Shown here piece after piece: positions 36,663 to 48,500 of a stretch of DNA of 64,000 bases (its first letter is position 1; every line of letters begins with the position of its first letter). A program made the translations under genes and the position numbers. Below the pieces are notes generated by a model. That model made no database searches and was not told the origin of the DNA. It saw nothing but the letters and a program-made list of their open reading frames with translations. This stretch comes from Mytilus trossulus (Eukaryota). The stretch lies in assembly GCF_036588685.1 (NCBI RefSeq), contig NC_086375.1, positions 33,046,001-33,110,000 of the forward strand. The letters run 5' to 3'.

Positions 36663-39600
36663 AGACTGTTATCGAACAAACACAAGAATAGATTTTATGT
36701 TTTTTTCTTTCTCACTTAAACAATGTGTTTTTCTACGACGGCCAATACGGTTTATTGCAAGAGTATACAGTTGAGCTATTGTTGGTATCGTTTGTTCTTA
36801 AATATACTGATATCTTTTTTTGGGAATAAACTTGCATGCAAATCAGATTTGAAAGATTTTGACCCTTTATGTTCATGTCTATCTCTTAATGTTTATTAAC
36901 TCTCTTTATATCAAGGTAAATATGATATGCAGATTGACAACTTCACTTTTGTTATGTTGAAGTTTTTGCTCCGTTTCGTGGTGGCAAATATGTCAAGCAT
37001 ATTTAAGGCGAGAAAAACATGTTATCAAACTTGCTTTGTGAGTCGACAAGTTTAAATGGGTTTTTTTAAGTTTAATTCATATATAAACATGCGATCTCTG
37101 TATTCCTAAAAGTTGTACACTTACATTGAAATATAATTGGTAAAACCAAGGTTGGATATTTTATTTAAATTTAGGAAGATGTGGTATGAGTGCCAATGAG
37201 ACAACTCTCCATTTAAGTAACAATTTATAAAAGTAAACCATCATACCGGTAGGTCAAGGCACGCCATTCAACACAGAGTCTTTGCTCACACCGAACAGCA
37301 AGCTATAGAGGGTCCCAAAAATTACTAGAGTAAAACTATTCAAACTGGAAAATCAACGGTCCAATTTATTTAAAAACGAGAAACGAGAAACACGTATGAA
37401 GTACATAAATAGACAACAACTACTGTTCATCAGATATCTGACTTAGGACAGGTGCAAAAATTTGCAGCGGCATTATTTTTTTTTGCATTGCTGTCACTAT
37501 TAATTAAGGAATGCACAACGTATTAGAATGCGATTGCAGGCAAAGAGATGCATTTAGTAAATATAGAATATAAACTTCGGCAACCTCCTTGAATGGTTTA
37601 ATTGATCAAATTGTCAAACTGAATAAACGTAAAGGTATCCGCAATTTTATAAAAGTATCCCATTTTTGCAGACTCAAAATTGCCACACTTCTCCAAAAGG
37701 TCAGAACAAATTTAAAAGAGTCTATACAAGATCTGACATCAACCCTACGATTTCTTAAAATAAAAAAAATGAAAACATGACGACATGAATAAACCAGCGA
37801 CTGGCGAGGTGTTTTGTTTGGGATAAGGCACATGGACTGCGGTCTAGTTATTTTTTTCTGAGCAATAAACTAGTTTTTGTTCGTTTCGAAGTTTTCGTCA
37901 CTCGACGATGAGTATTAATAGGTGCAAAACTATTGCTAAGATCTGCTCTCACCCTACAACTGCTAATATAATGATAGATGATAGATGATGATAAAGATGC
38001 CTAAGAGAACGGCAACCTTAGTCTTTTTGTACAATAAGATGATTCTTGAACTTAAATTAAATGGTGTTACCGAATTATTTCTGGCTGCCAAAATCACGAG
38101 TTTGTAGAATAAACTTTGAAAAATGGCCCCCTCTCACCAAACCCAGACATCGTTTATTAAAGTGTACATTCTGGAGGAAAATGAAATAAAATACTTTCCT
38201 CGCTCTCTCTTTGAATATAAACAGTTTGGACAGAACATATTGGCAACACTTTTTGAACATCCGTAACTTTCTTTTGTAAATGTGTGAAATATTGGCTGAT
38301 GCACAACAGGTATATAAGAGAGGGACGAAAGATACCAGAGGGAAAGTCAAACTCATAAATCGAAAATAAACTGACAACGACTGGCTAAAAATGAAAGAAG
38401 ACAAACAGACAAACAATAGAACACATGACACAACATATACAACTAAAGAATAAGCAACACGATCCCCACCAAAAGCTAGGGGTGATCTCAAGTGCTCCGT
38501 AAAGGTAAGCAGATCCCGCTCAACATGTGGCACCCTTCGTGTTGTTTATGTTATATAAAGCACAACTGCATGGTATGTGCTTATCCAAAAACACAGTAAG
38601 TGGTTACTCAACGAATGTACAAAAAAAGTAATCACATACACACTCCCTATTACAAGGATTAACAGTGAAAATATCATGGACTTAGGGTGTGGCTATATAG
38701 CAAAGTATTCTTTAATTTTTTTTAAATCTTTTTTTACAATAACAAATATTTTATTCAATAATTTCCTGATATATAAGTACCTAAGTAGCCCAGGTCGCAT
38801 ACTTAAGGGCCCCTGTATTTTAACAGCCTCACTTGACCAGGGAAAATATCAAATGAGTTTATACAATAGTTTTACATACATAATTATATTTAAATAACCA
38901 ATACAATTGATTTTCACACCTGATACATGTAAGATCACTGTATAAAATCATATTATTATAATTATATAATTTTGCTTTTTTTTTTAATTCACCACACACA
39001 ATACTCTATGCTGCACATCAATAACAGCTTCCAGTATTTGCTGAAAAGTTGTTGGTCATTTTTCATTACGAACTTCATAGTCAATGACACCTGAAATTGA
39101 CTTATAGTTAGAAATTTGATGAGATTTTTCATGCTGAATCTTATCAATGGAATGGTCAATCCTAGGAACAAGATAAAACCTTATTTTGAAACCGAATTAA
39201 CTTGTCTGAGATCAGTTACAAACAGCGTTATCTCGTTTAGATACTAGGACAAAAGAACAGATCCAGTCACTGTTATCCCTCATTCTCATTCTGTAAAAGA
39301 TGGACCAAATTTTCAAAATTTTAAATTACAAGCATTTTCATGAGATTAAAAAAAAACATCTTTACCATAAAATACTTTCGTATACTTAAGTAGAAAGTTG
39401 CAAAAAATAAGGCATAATAGCAAACAGCATTCAAGAAAATTAAGTTTGTATAAGTAGCAAGTTTATATTGTGATTTCATTATTTCCTAAATAAAAAAAAA
39501 CAACAACAAATATCTTAATAAGACACGGGTTATGTTCTTCTCATATATTTGTATGATGGTATAATACTAAACCCATAACGAGAGGAATTTTGCTTGAAAT

Positions 39601-40128
39601 TCATATGATGAAGACATAATCTTTCAATCAATTTAGTTGAGGTCTGGAGCTGGTATTTCAGTAACTGCTAGTAGTCCTTTCTTAATTTATGTATTATTGT
39701 CATTTTGTTTAGTTTCTTTTGTTACCTATTCTGCATGACATCAGACTCGGACGTCTCTTAGTCTAAGTTTTTTTATGCGTATTGTTGTGCGCTTGTTTTT
39801 TTTCTACATTGGCTAGAGGTAATGGGGGGAATTTCCATTTAGAGAATATAGTGATTTAGCAGTCTAAGAACAGACAACTGTTTTGTAAACAGTGAAAGCA
39901 GGAAACAAATTTTGATATCTGATATCACGATTTTGTGACATGAAAAAAATCTACAGTTTTTCACATAAATTTCTTTGTGAAGATAAGAAAGGGTTGAAGG
40001 ATCTCATATCAATTCCACCTGCCGAAAGTATGTTATCAAAGACATGAACTTTTGATACGATGCCTCACCTGCTGCGACCTTCAAATATCAAAATAATCCT
40101 AAAATTTCATTCATAATTCACACCGAAT

Positions 40129-42913
40129 ATGGCGTGGACATCGGTGATATTAGCGACTTTATTGGTCAGCCATGCATTCGCCATTAGTGGTAAGTTTATA
40201 TTTTTGGAAGGAAATTCATGTTGATCGTAAACTGAAGGGAATCCCAAAAAGTCTTTAAACAAATAATAAAAATAATAAAAACGGTTCATTGTTTCTAATA
40301 GATTTTTGTGACTATTCCCTTATCTTTGAAATTAATTCAATTTAATACGATTTCACATGTACATGATTTAACAAAAAATTCACATAACTTCTTTATTTCA
40401 CAATCTATAAGTGAAGATTCATCACTATAAATGAAGTCGTAGTTGCATTTGCTTAGTTCTTAACTATATAATTTACTATTTTGAATTTTGAATTTTAATT
40501 GTTCTAATGAATTTTTATTCCTTTTTTCAATGAGAAATTTTCGTATATTTTTTTTTCTTTTTTTTCAAGTTTTAGATGAAAATAGGTTCAAATGACACAT
40601 AAACAACAGAAACGGGTTCGGATAAAAGAACATTGTGACATATTGATCAGAATTCGGTTATTTCGGTTTTATAGATTCGAATTAGTTTATCAAAAGTTCA
40701 AATTATTGAATACGGAAATATGCCATAACAAATTAAATCCATAAGAACCGAATTAACAAAAATTGTAATACATAATTAATAAATTTATAATGAGACTCAG
40801 TGAGATTACATGGTAAAAGCAGTTTAAAAATGCAATAAACAATACATATATACGATATGTTGACGAATGACAAATGACAAATGCGTTTTTAAATAGCAAA
40901 ATACAAAAATTATAAAACATGTATAGTACTAGACAAACTTTAACCATGGATGTATTATATTTCATTTTATTTTTATGCTTTTAATCACTATAATACTAGT
41001 ACGAAAAGACTGATTTTGATTATCAAATAAATTATTTCTTAGAACATATCTATAAGTGTAAACATTGACCCTAAAATTCCCCGAAATCGCGTGATTTTTC
41101 ACTTGTTTATACAAGTTTTTTGGTTTCTTCTAGTATTTTTTCAGGTGACGGAAGACAAAAAATATCTAGAAGATGGAAATTTGAATTAGAGTTAAAATGT
41201 CAGGTCAGGTGGTAATCTTGCAAATTCTAATTAAAGCTTTAAGTTTATGCCCTTCATTTTTATTTTGTACGTACCTTCAAAATGACTAGACCTTGCTAAA
41301 AAACATAGAAGGATACATTCTTTATTACAGAAATGTTATCAATATTTTCATTTCTTTTCAGTGCGACAAGCAAACAGCACATCCGGTGGGACATCAAGTG
41401 GGGGTTCTGGAGGAGTGACTCAAACTGGTGGAGGTTCTGGTGGGGTGACACCAAGCAGTGGAGGTTCCGGTGGAGTTACTCAGAGCGGTGGAGGTTCCGG
41501 TGGAGTTACCCAGAGCGGTGGCAGTTCTGGTGGTACATCAGGAGGTTCCAGTGGTAGCTCCAGTGGATCAGCATCACAGAATATACAACCTCCTCAGTTT
41601 TTGTTAAATCCATCACAGTTTCTTGGAGGCGGGAATCAGCAAAGGTATTTAGTTACGGAGATTTTCTTTACAGATTAGAAGTTGCAAGAACACATGAAAA
41701 TAGTGCATTTGATGAAGAACATAATGACTTGCATGTTGTCATATTTTCTCAAATCAAAATGTATAGTCTAAACTTTTATGGTGCCACAATTGAAGCAGAA
41801 TCTGCTTAACTCGCCGGAGCACAGGATTTAACCCCTGTATTTGGTGGGGTCGTGTTTCTCAGTCTTTAGTTTTCTGTGTTTTGTTTACTTTTTTTGTCTT
41901 TCTGTGTTTTTTCTCTTTTTGAAAAGCATAGTCAGTTTAGTTTTTACTAATGAGTTTGAATAACCCTTCGATATCTTTCGCCACTCATTAAAAGATTTGA
42001 AAGAACTGAATAAGAACGATCATTCATTTTACTATTGTATTTCAGTCCTAGTGGAGGAGGATCTAGCAGCAGTGGCAGTGGTTCTGGTGGTAGTTCCGGT
42101 GGAAGCAGTAGCAGTTCTGGTGGTGGTAGCAGCAGTGGTGGTGCCCAAATGCCAAATTTTGACCCAAACAAAGTCAACCAAATACATGCCAGTTTTCTAG
42201 ATCCATCAAAGCTACAACTAGGATCTGGGGGAGGAGGGGGCAGTGGTTTTAATCCTGACCAAGTCAACAGCATGTTGTTCAATTTCCTCAACCCTAGTCA
42301 AATGACAGCAGGGAGACGTATGTATTCCATCTTTGTTAATGTTTTTGTAAATTTTATACCAAAATAATAACCAGTTACACATCCAATTTCTGATTCAATA
42401 TTATACGGTAGCTGTTATGCGTAATTTACTGTGCTATTTGATTTTATCTATTAGGTAGACGACAGACAAGTCAAACTAGTTCCGGCGGAAGTAGTGGTGG
42501 AAGTTCAAGCAGCAGTGGAAGTCAGCCACCAAACTTTGACCCTAATAAGGTAAACCAGGTACAATCCAGTATGTTAGATCCATCAAAATCACAGCTTGGT
42601 TCCGGTGGTGGCGGCGGAGCTATGTTCAACCCGGACCAGTTCAACACCATGAAGTTTAATTTCTTTAACCCACAAGCACAGACTAGCGGTGGTGGTGGCG
42701 GCGGCGGCAGTGGAGGCAGTGGAAGCAGTAGCGGAGGTAGTCAGCCACCAAAGTTTGACGCTAATAAGGTTAATCAATTACAAGCCAACATGTTGGACCC
42801 ATCCTCATCAAAATTGGGTCAAAGTGGAGGAAGCGCCGGTGGATTTGATCCAGACCAATTTAACTCCAAAACATTCAACTTCTTTAATCCACAAAACCAA
42901 TTAGGAAAGAGAG
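40129..42913 (+). CDS. Gene F: secreted Gly/Ser-rich FDPNKVNQ-module polyprotein; exons 40129-40189, 41362-41644, 42046-42317 and 42455-42913 (final exon unresolved)
   Basis: Exon 1 reads MAWTSVILATLLVSHAFAIS with a G|GTAAGT donor. All junctions are GT-AG and phase-consistent (1, 2, 1). Three copies of the module PNFDPNKVNQ..LDPS..LG..GG.FNPDQ.N...FNF.NP; internal G-RRRR-Q and QLGKR. Confidence 0.82.
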
Positions 42914-45900
42914 GTATAATATGTGATTTATATAATCAATTAAATTTCATAGAAAGGAAAATGTTTCGAACATGTAAGTTAAAATCACAAGTAAATACAT
43001 AACCAGAAGGAAGAAATTTAAATTCTTTATTATGAATAGTATGATTTGTTGCTATGCATTTCATTTCAATGCACTGCTTTTATATATATGAAAAAAAAGA
43101 ACAGTACAGTTTAATTGTAACAGCAAGCCCATTGGGCTTCTTTTTGTTTCATTTTGAATAGAAATTTAGGTCTCGATAAAAGATCGTTTTGTATTTTCCT
43201 TTCAATCCATTCGTAACTTGTTTATACTCAAATAATTTTGAACCTGAGATATGATATTGATGCTTCCATCATTTAAAATATGAGGGAGGCTAGGGTTTCT
43301 CTCGTTTCTCTCGTTTACGTATATCTTATGTTGAATTGAATTGTATTCAGATTATATAGGAAAATGAACAAATTTACAGACATGGATTAGTAATTTTGCA
43401 ACTTGAATCCCGCTTAATCAATACTTTATACTTCTCTATGATATGTAACTAACTTATTATCAGAATGCTCAAATTGAAAGATTTATCATTTGGAGAACGT
43501 TTACTTATTTCACAATTTTCTTGTTGGAAATCTGTTTCAGAATTTACAAAAAAGGTAGAAAATTTAAGAACGTGGATAGTGTTTAGCCCCTTTTCGCCCA
43601 CATTTCACCGCCTGTTTTCAAATTGGATGTACCAATTGGCATGTCTTGGTTACCAAACGAATTAAAGTGCAAAATGAAAATTCGTTAATTATCCGATTAA
43701 AAATTTCAAAACAAATTTTAACCAATGTGGTTGGTCCTTATTGACTTGCTCGTCTAATTTATATACTTATGTTTATAATCTTTATATTAAGTACTTAATT
43801 TTTTAGTCCTTAATAGGATTGTAACTTTTACTTTCTGTCTTTAATAGGGTTATAATATTTACAAGTGTAAGTACTTTAAAAGGTCAATGAAACAAGGTTT
43901 TGCACGTGTTGGTAGAAGTTATTTGTGCATGCATCAAAGGAAGCAGGCGTGTACGTGTTGGGAATAAGTTATTTGAACATAATAACTAAGGGATAACTTA
44001 TATGCACGTTTTGGCAATGACTGATTGATTTATTGTTGTGAAAGTCCAGCAGCAAATATTTCGTGCATCATTATGGACAACGTATTGGTAATGGGTGATA
44101 ATATGCGCAAAGGGTAACTCATATGCGAATGTTGGTAAAGGGTAGCTTATTTGCACGTGATGGTGAAGGGTAATTTGTAGTGGCATCTTCAAATCATGTT
44201 TAATTTGATTTTTTTTAATTGTGGTGCTAAATCTATGTCTGCAACTTCCTAAGGTGTTGGCGGACTTCTATAGTTTTAAGTGATAATACCGACACATGTC
44301 TTACCTAGTCTACTAAAAGGCTATTTTGCTCTGAAGTCAAGAATAAATTTTGAAAAAAATGGCTGCTTTTGCATTGTATTGATATTATATGATACTTATT
44401 TCAGTGCACGCGACACTTGTTTCTGTTTTGAAAAAAACAAAAATGCATAACAAGTTTGAGAGCATCACAACCAGGGATGCTGTAACACACATGTCAACAC
44501 TGTTTAAGGTCAATTGACTTTTGTTTGTACTTCAGTGGCTTAAGTAGATTATCCGTACTTTTTAAATCTGAACGAGACGCTTAAGCACATGAAAAGTTAA
44601 AGCTAGCAGATGTGCAGTATACGTCAACGAAACAACAAACAAACACCACAATAACGAAAACAATATACGTAACATACATTTTGACACCAGTAAGACTTTA
44701 ATACCTTTCATAAGAACAGCGTTTTTCTTAAGTCGACAATAGGCGTTTCGCTTCAAAAACAATCAATTTAGAGAGGTGTGGCCAATGTTTGTTTCACTAT
44801 TAAGAAGTTCAAAAACTGGAAGAAGATGGAGCCTAGAAGAATACAAAAAAGAAAAGAATTTATGATGCAATTTTAGAACGGTTTTGCATTATTTACTTCG
44901 GCTGTTTTCTGCTCTTTGGTCGGGTTTGTTGACTCTTTGACACATTCCCCTGTTCCATTCTCAATTTTAGTAGGATAAAAAGTCAAATGATGAAAAATCG
45001 TTTTATCTCAACAGCTGTGATGTGAAGTCGTGGTTACTATTAAACTGTTGAAATTGTAAAACCTTGTACATGTTGAACCTGAAATAAGTGTTTTAATAAC
45101 TAGTATCACTGCAATATTATTAAGTAGCTAACTACTTTTTATAATGTTCTTACGTCATAAATTTTACTGTGACAATTTGTATAACATCCCCGCCACAAAA
45201 ATACTAAAACAGACAAACTCTAGCAATTCAAAAGAAAACAAAATTCCCAGATAAGCAAATATCTCAACGCCCTTAAAAAATACTAATAAAACTTGCACTC
45301 ACAACAATTTTTAAAGAATATAACTGAGTTTTTCGGATGTGAAGATTTTCATAAAGGCAACAGACGTCATGTGGTGGCAATGACTCATTCTGGTTCTCTT
45401 AATCAAGCGAGCTTAAACCTTTTCGTAAGCTTCAAACCACAGTGTACATGCGTTTTTGTTCAGTATCACTATCACGGCCCTCTTAGTACAAGCATATTTC
45501 AAAGTTATGTTATTTAAAAACTAGACATTTTCCATCATTCCCCTAAAGCTAATTAATATTTATTTATATGCAGACAGTTTGACAGGATTATCGATATAGA
45601 TTTAAACAAAAAAATCGACATTGATACCGATCTGTGCATAGAAATAAATGGTTCCTCCCCCTATAACTTGCAATAGATAACAAAACGAGTGCATGGTAAA
45701 CTAATTTAAATATTCTCTTTTATTTACTTACAGATGCAGTTAACTATGTTAAAGAAACCAACAAAGAGCTATCAAATGATATTAAACATAATTCAGGAAT
45801 TATAAAATGTATTTTGTACAGAAATTTGTTTTTAATAAACACAAATCCTAATAATTTGTTCTGTCTTAGATGTGTCAACATTTTTTTTTATGGTTAACGT

Positions 45901-48500
45901 GATCTTTTTTTAATGATAGTTTTCTTTTAAACTAGATACTGCGTTATTATGCTAAGATTTTGCTATCTCTCATGAGCGGCGTTGGTCATGGTTTCGATCC
46001 TTTATAAATTATGATTGTAATTCTTTTTTTTGTCTTTATGCTCTTGTTTAAATAATGGAACATTTCCATCTTCTTAAATTTTGATTATATATTAAAAAAA
46101 TGGTGGGTTTTTTTTGAGACCATATAATATAGTCATCATAAATACCAGGATTTGTATGCCAGAAGCACGTTTCGTCTACAAAAGACTCATGTTGAAGCTT
46201 GAGTGAAAAAAAAGTTAAAAAAAAAAAAGCCGAATTAAGAACGAAGTTGAAGAGCATTTAGGGCAAAAATTCCGAAATGTTTTGTCAAATACATCTAATG
46301 TAATCTATACCTGCGGTAGACAAACCTTAGGATATGAAAGATTCAAAGTGTTATAAACAGGTTGATTCATGTCAACACAGACTAGTAGGCTGGCTACCGT
46401 GAAACACTGGGAGAAGAAACTTCCACTAGCAGTGACATTGACGATGGAAACACTCATCATAGAGATTTGACAGTAATAAAATTTTGAACGTCAGGCGCAT
46501 AAGGGACGTTATATTGTTAAGAGAGCTATCGTAAAAGTTTCCTTCTTATAGTTACGGTCTCGCTCAACCTTCTAATATGCGGGGGACGATGTATTCTGCA
46601 GAACCATATCATTAGATGATTCCTCATTTGGGTGAAGGTGCAATTCATCGATGATTCTTGACAAATTCAACTTCCGAGTGTCAAAACAAAAACAAATAAA
46701 TGACCAATGCTAAGGCTCATAAAGTTGCTGCTGCTACTACAGCTCTTCCATAAAAGCATGCAAAAATAACTTTGATCAATTTGCTTGCTACATGTATGTT
46801 TGCTTAGATGTATGCAAACAATAGGTAGGCGGAGTTTTAGTCTGTTTTATATATACTGAGATTTGATTGGACAATAAAAATTGACATGAAGCCCGACAAT
46901 ACAATGGCATGAAAAAACCCCAAAAAACGAGAGAAGACAATAGCAATTTACATAACACTACACTGAGTAACACGAGCCTCCCTGAAACAAGGAATAATCC
47001 TTAGGTGTTCCGAAAGGGTCAATAGCAATTGCTTCAAATGCGACCGCTCATGACCCCAAAAATTGTATAAAAAGGACTTATATCATGTATTTTAAACAAA
47101 ATATCGACTGGGCGACAACTGTTATACATTTCATTTGCTACTATAATTTCAACAAATGAAAATTAAACGTCTTGGTTAATTCCAAATTTTACAACAATTG
47201 TGTCCCAAGAAGATTCTTCAAACGTTTGGCGAATGTCAAAAGCGCAGTTGAAATTGTGCCTGGTAAAAGCTGTAAATATAATTTACATTGTATAGACTTG
47301 GTTATAATTCGAACGAGTATAGACCGATTCTTGTAGTTATTGTTGTGTGGAAATGTAGTTTTACATAGTAGCTAAGTAATATGAGTAGATTTCATGAAAC
47401 ATGGATTTTTCTCAAATCCAAGATGGGACTTTTTTGTTCTTTGCAGGAGACAATACCTCCATATTGTTCACTTGCGCAATTTGTTGACCTTCATTTTCAA
47501 ATAAAATTGAGAATGGAAATGGGGAATGTGTCAAAGTGCCTTTGATTTATCCGATGATATTATTGATCGGATGTTCAACCATCGATATCACTTTACTCCT
47601 ATCAACTTCTTTGTGCTTCCTATGTTCATTTTGGAAATCAAAGCCTTATTCTTGCTAAATTCTCTTAAAATATAAGCCATTTTCTTGGTTATAATCTAGT
47701 TCTTTATCTCGATCGAAACCTATATCAAGATTATGTGACTGGTATTTGAAATAGATTTGAAAATTCTTAACGCTAACAAATCGGGAATAATCAATTACAC
47801 AAACTCATCAACAATAAAAATAGATTGAAAGGCATAACCTAAACATCATACATCATATCCCGCTTACTCCAGGGAGACATAAACGTGATTTTCGGGTAAA
47901 TTGTGTAATAGGTAACTAACAAAATCTTTATTTGGGAAAGCAGCATTTAAGCATGAATTATGAACTGCAATATGTACACACCGAAGAAAGTTGATTGATG
48001 TTATGTTATAATAGTATCATTAACTTATCACTCAGAAATGGGATGTTGACAATGGGAAAATTATGACCACCGTTCATCAAAGTATTCTTGATTTTGAGTT
48101 TAATATAGGACATAACTGATTGAAAGACACATTTGATATACCAGAAAATAAAATTGAGGTGTTTTAATAGTATTTTTGTATGAATATTATCATTCAAAAA
48201 ACATTACAGATTTTTTGATATATTGCGTTTTAAACGCTTTAGAAAAAGTTCTAAACTAACATGTATGCTGAATATTAGAAAAGTCAGTAAAACGATATAT
48301 CAGTGAGAAACAACCATTATAAGCACAGATCACAAGCTTATTTTGCTAGAGGAGTCTTATTGTTTTATTATTATCAAACCATACAGAAGTCGGTTCATGA
48401 TGGCTATTATTGTACAGTCACGCAGTGAAATACGTCTATCCTTATCTTATACTGATAAAATAATTATGTTTACCTTTATTTAGGACTAAATACATTTATC

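Noticed and set aside
45734-45897. Possible terminal exon of gene F (DAVNYVKETNKELS...)
   Set aside because: Acceptor and phase fit, but the stop falls after the AATAAA at ~45834 and there is no family motif; left out of the model.
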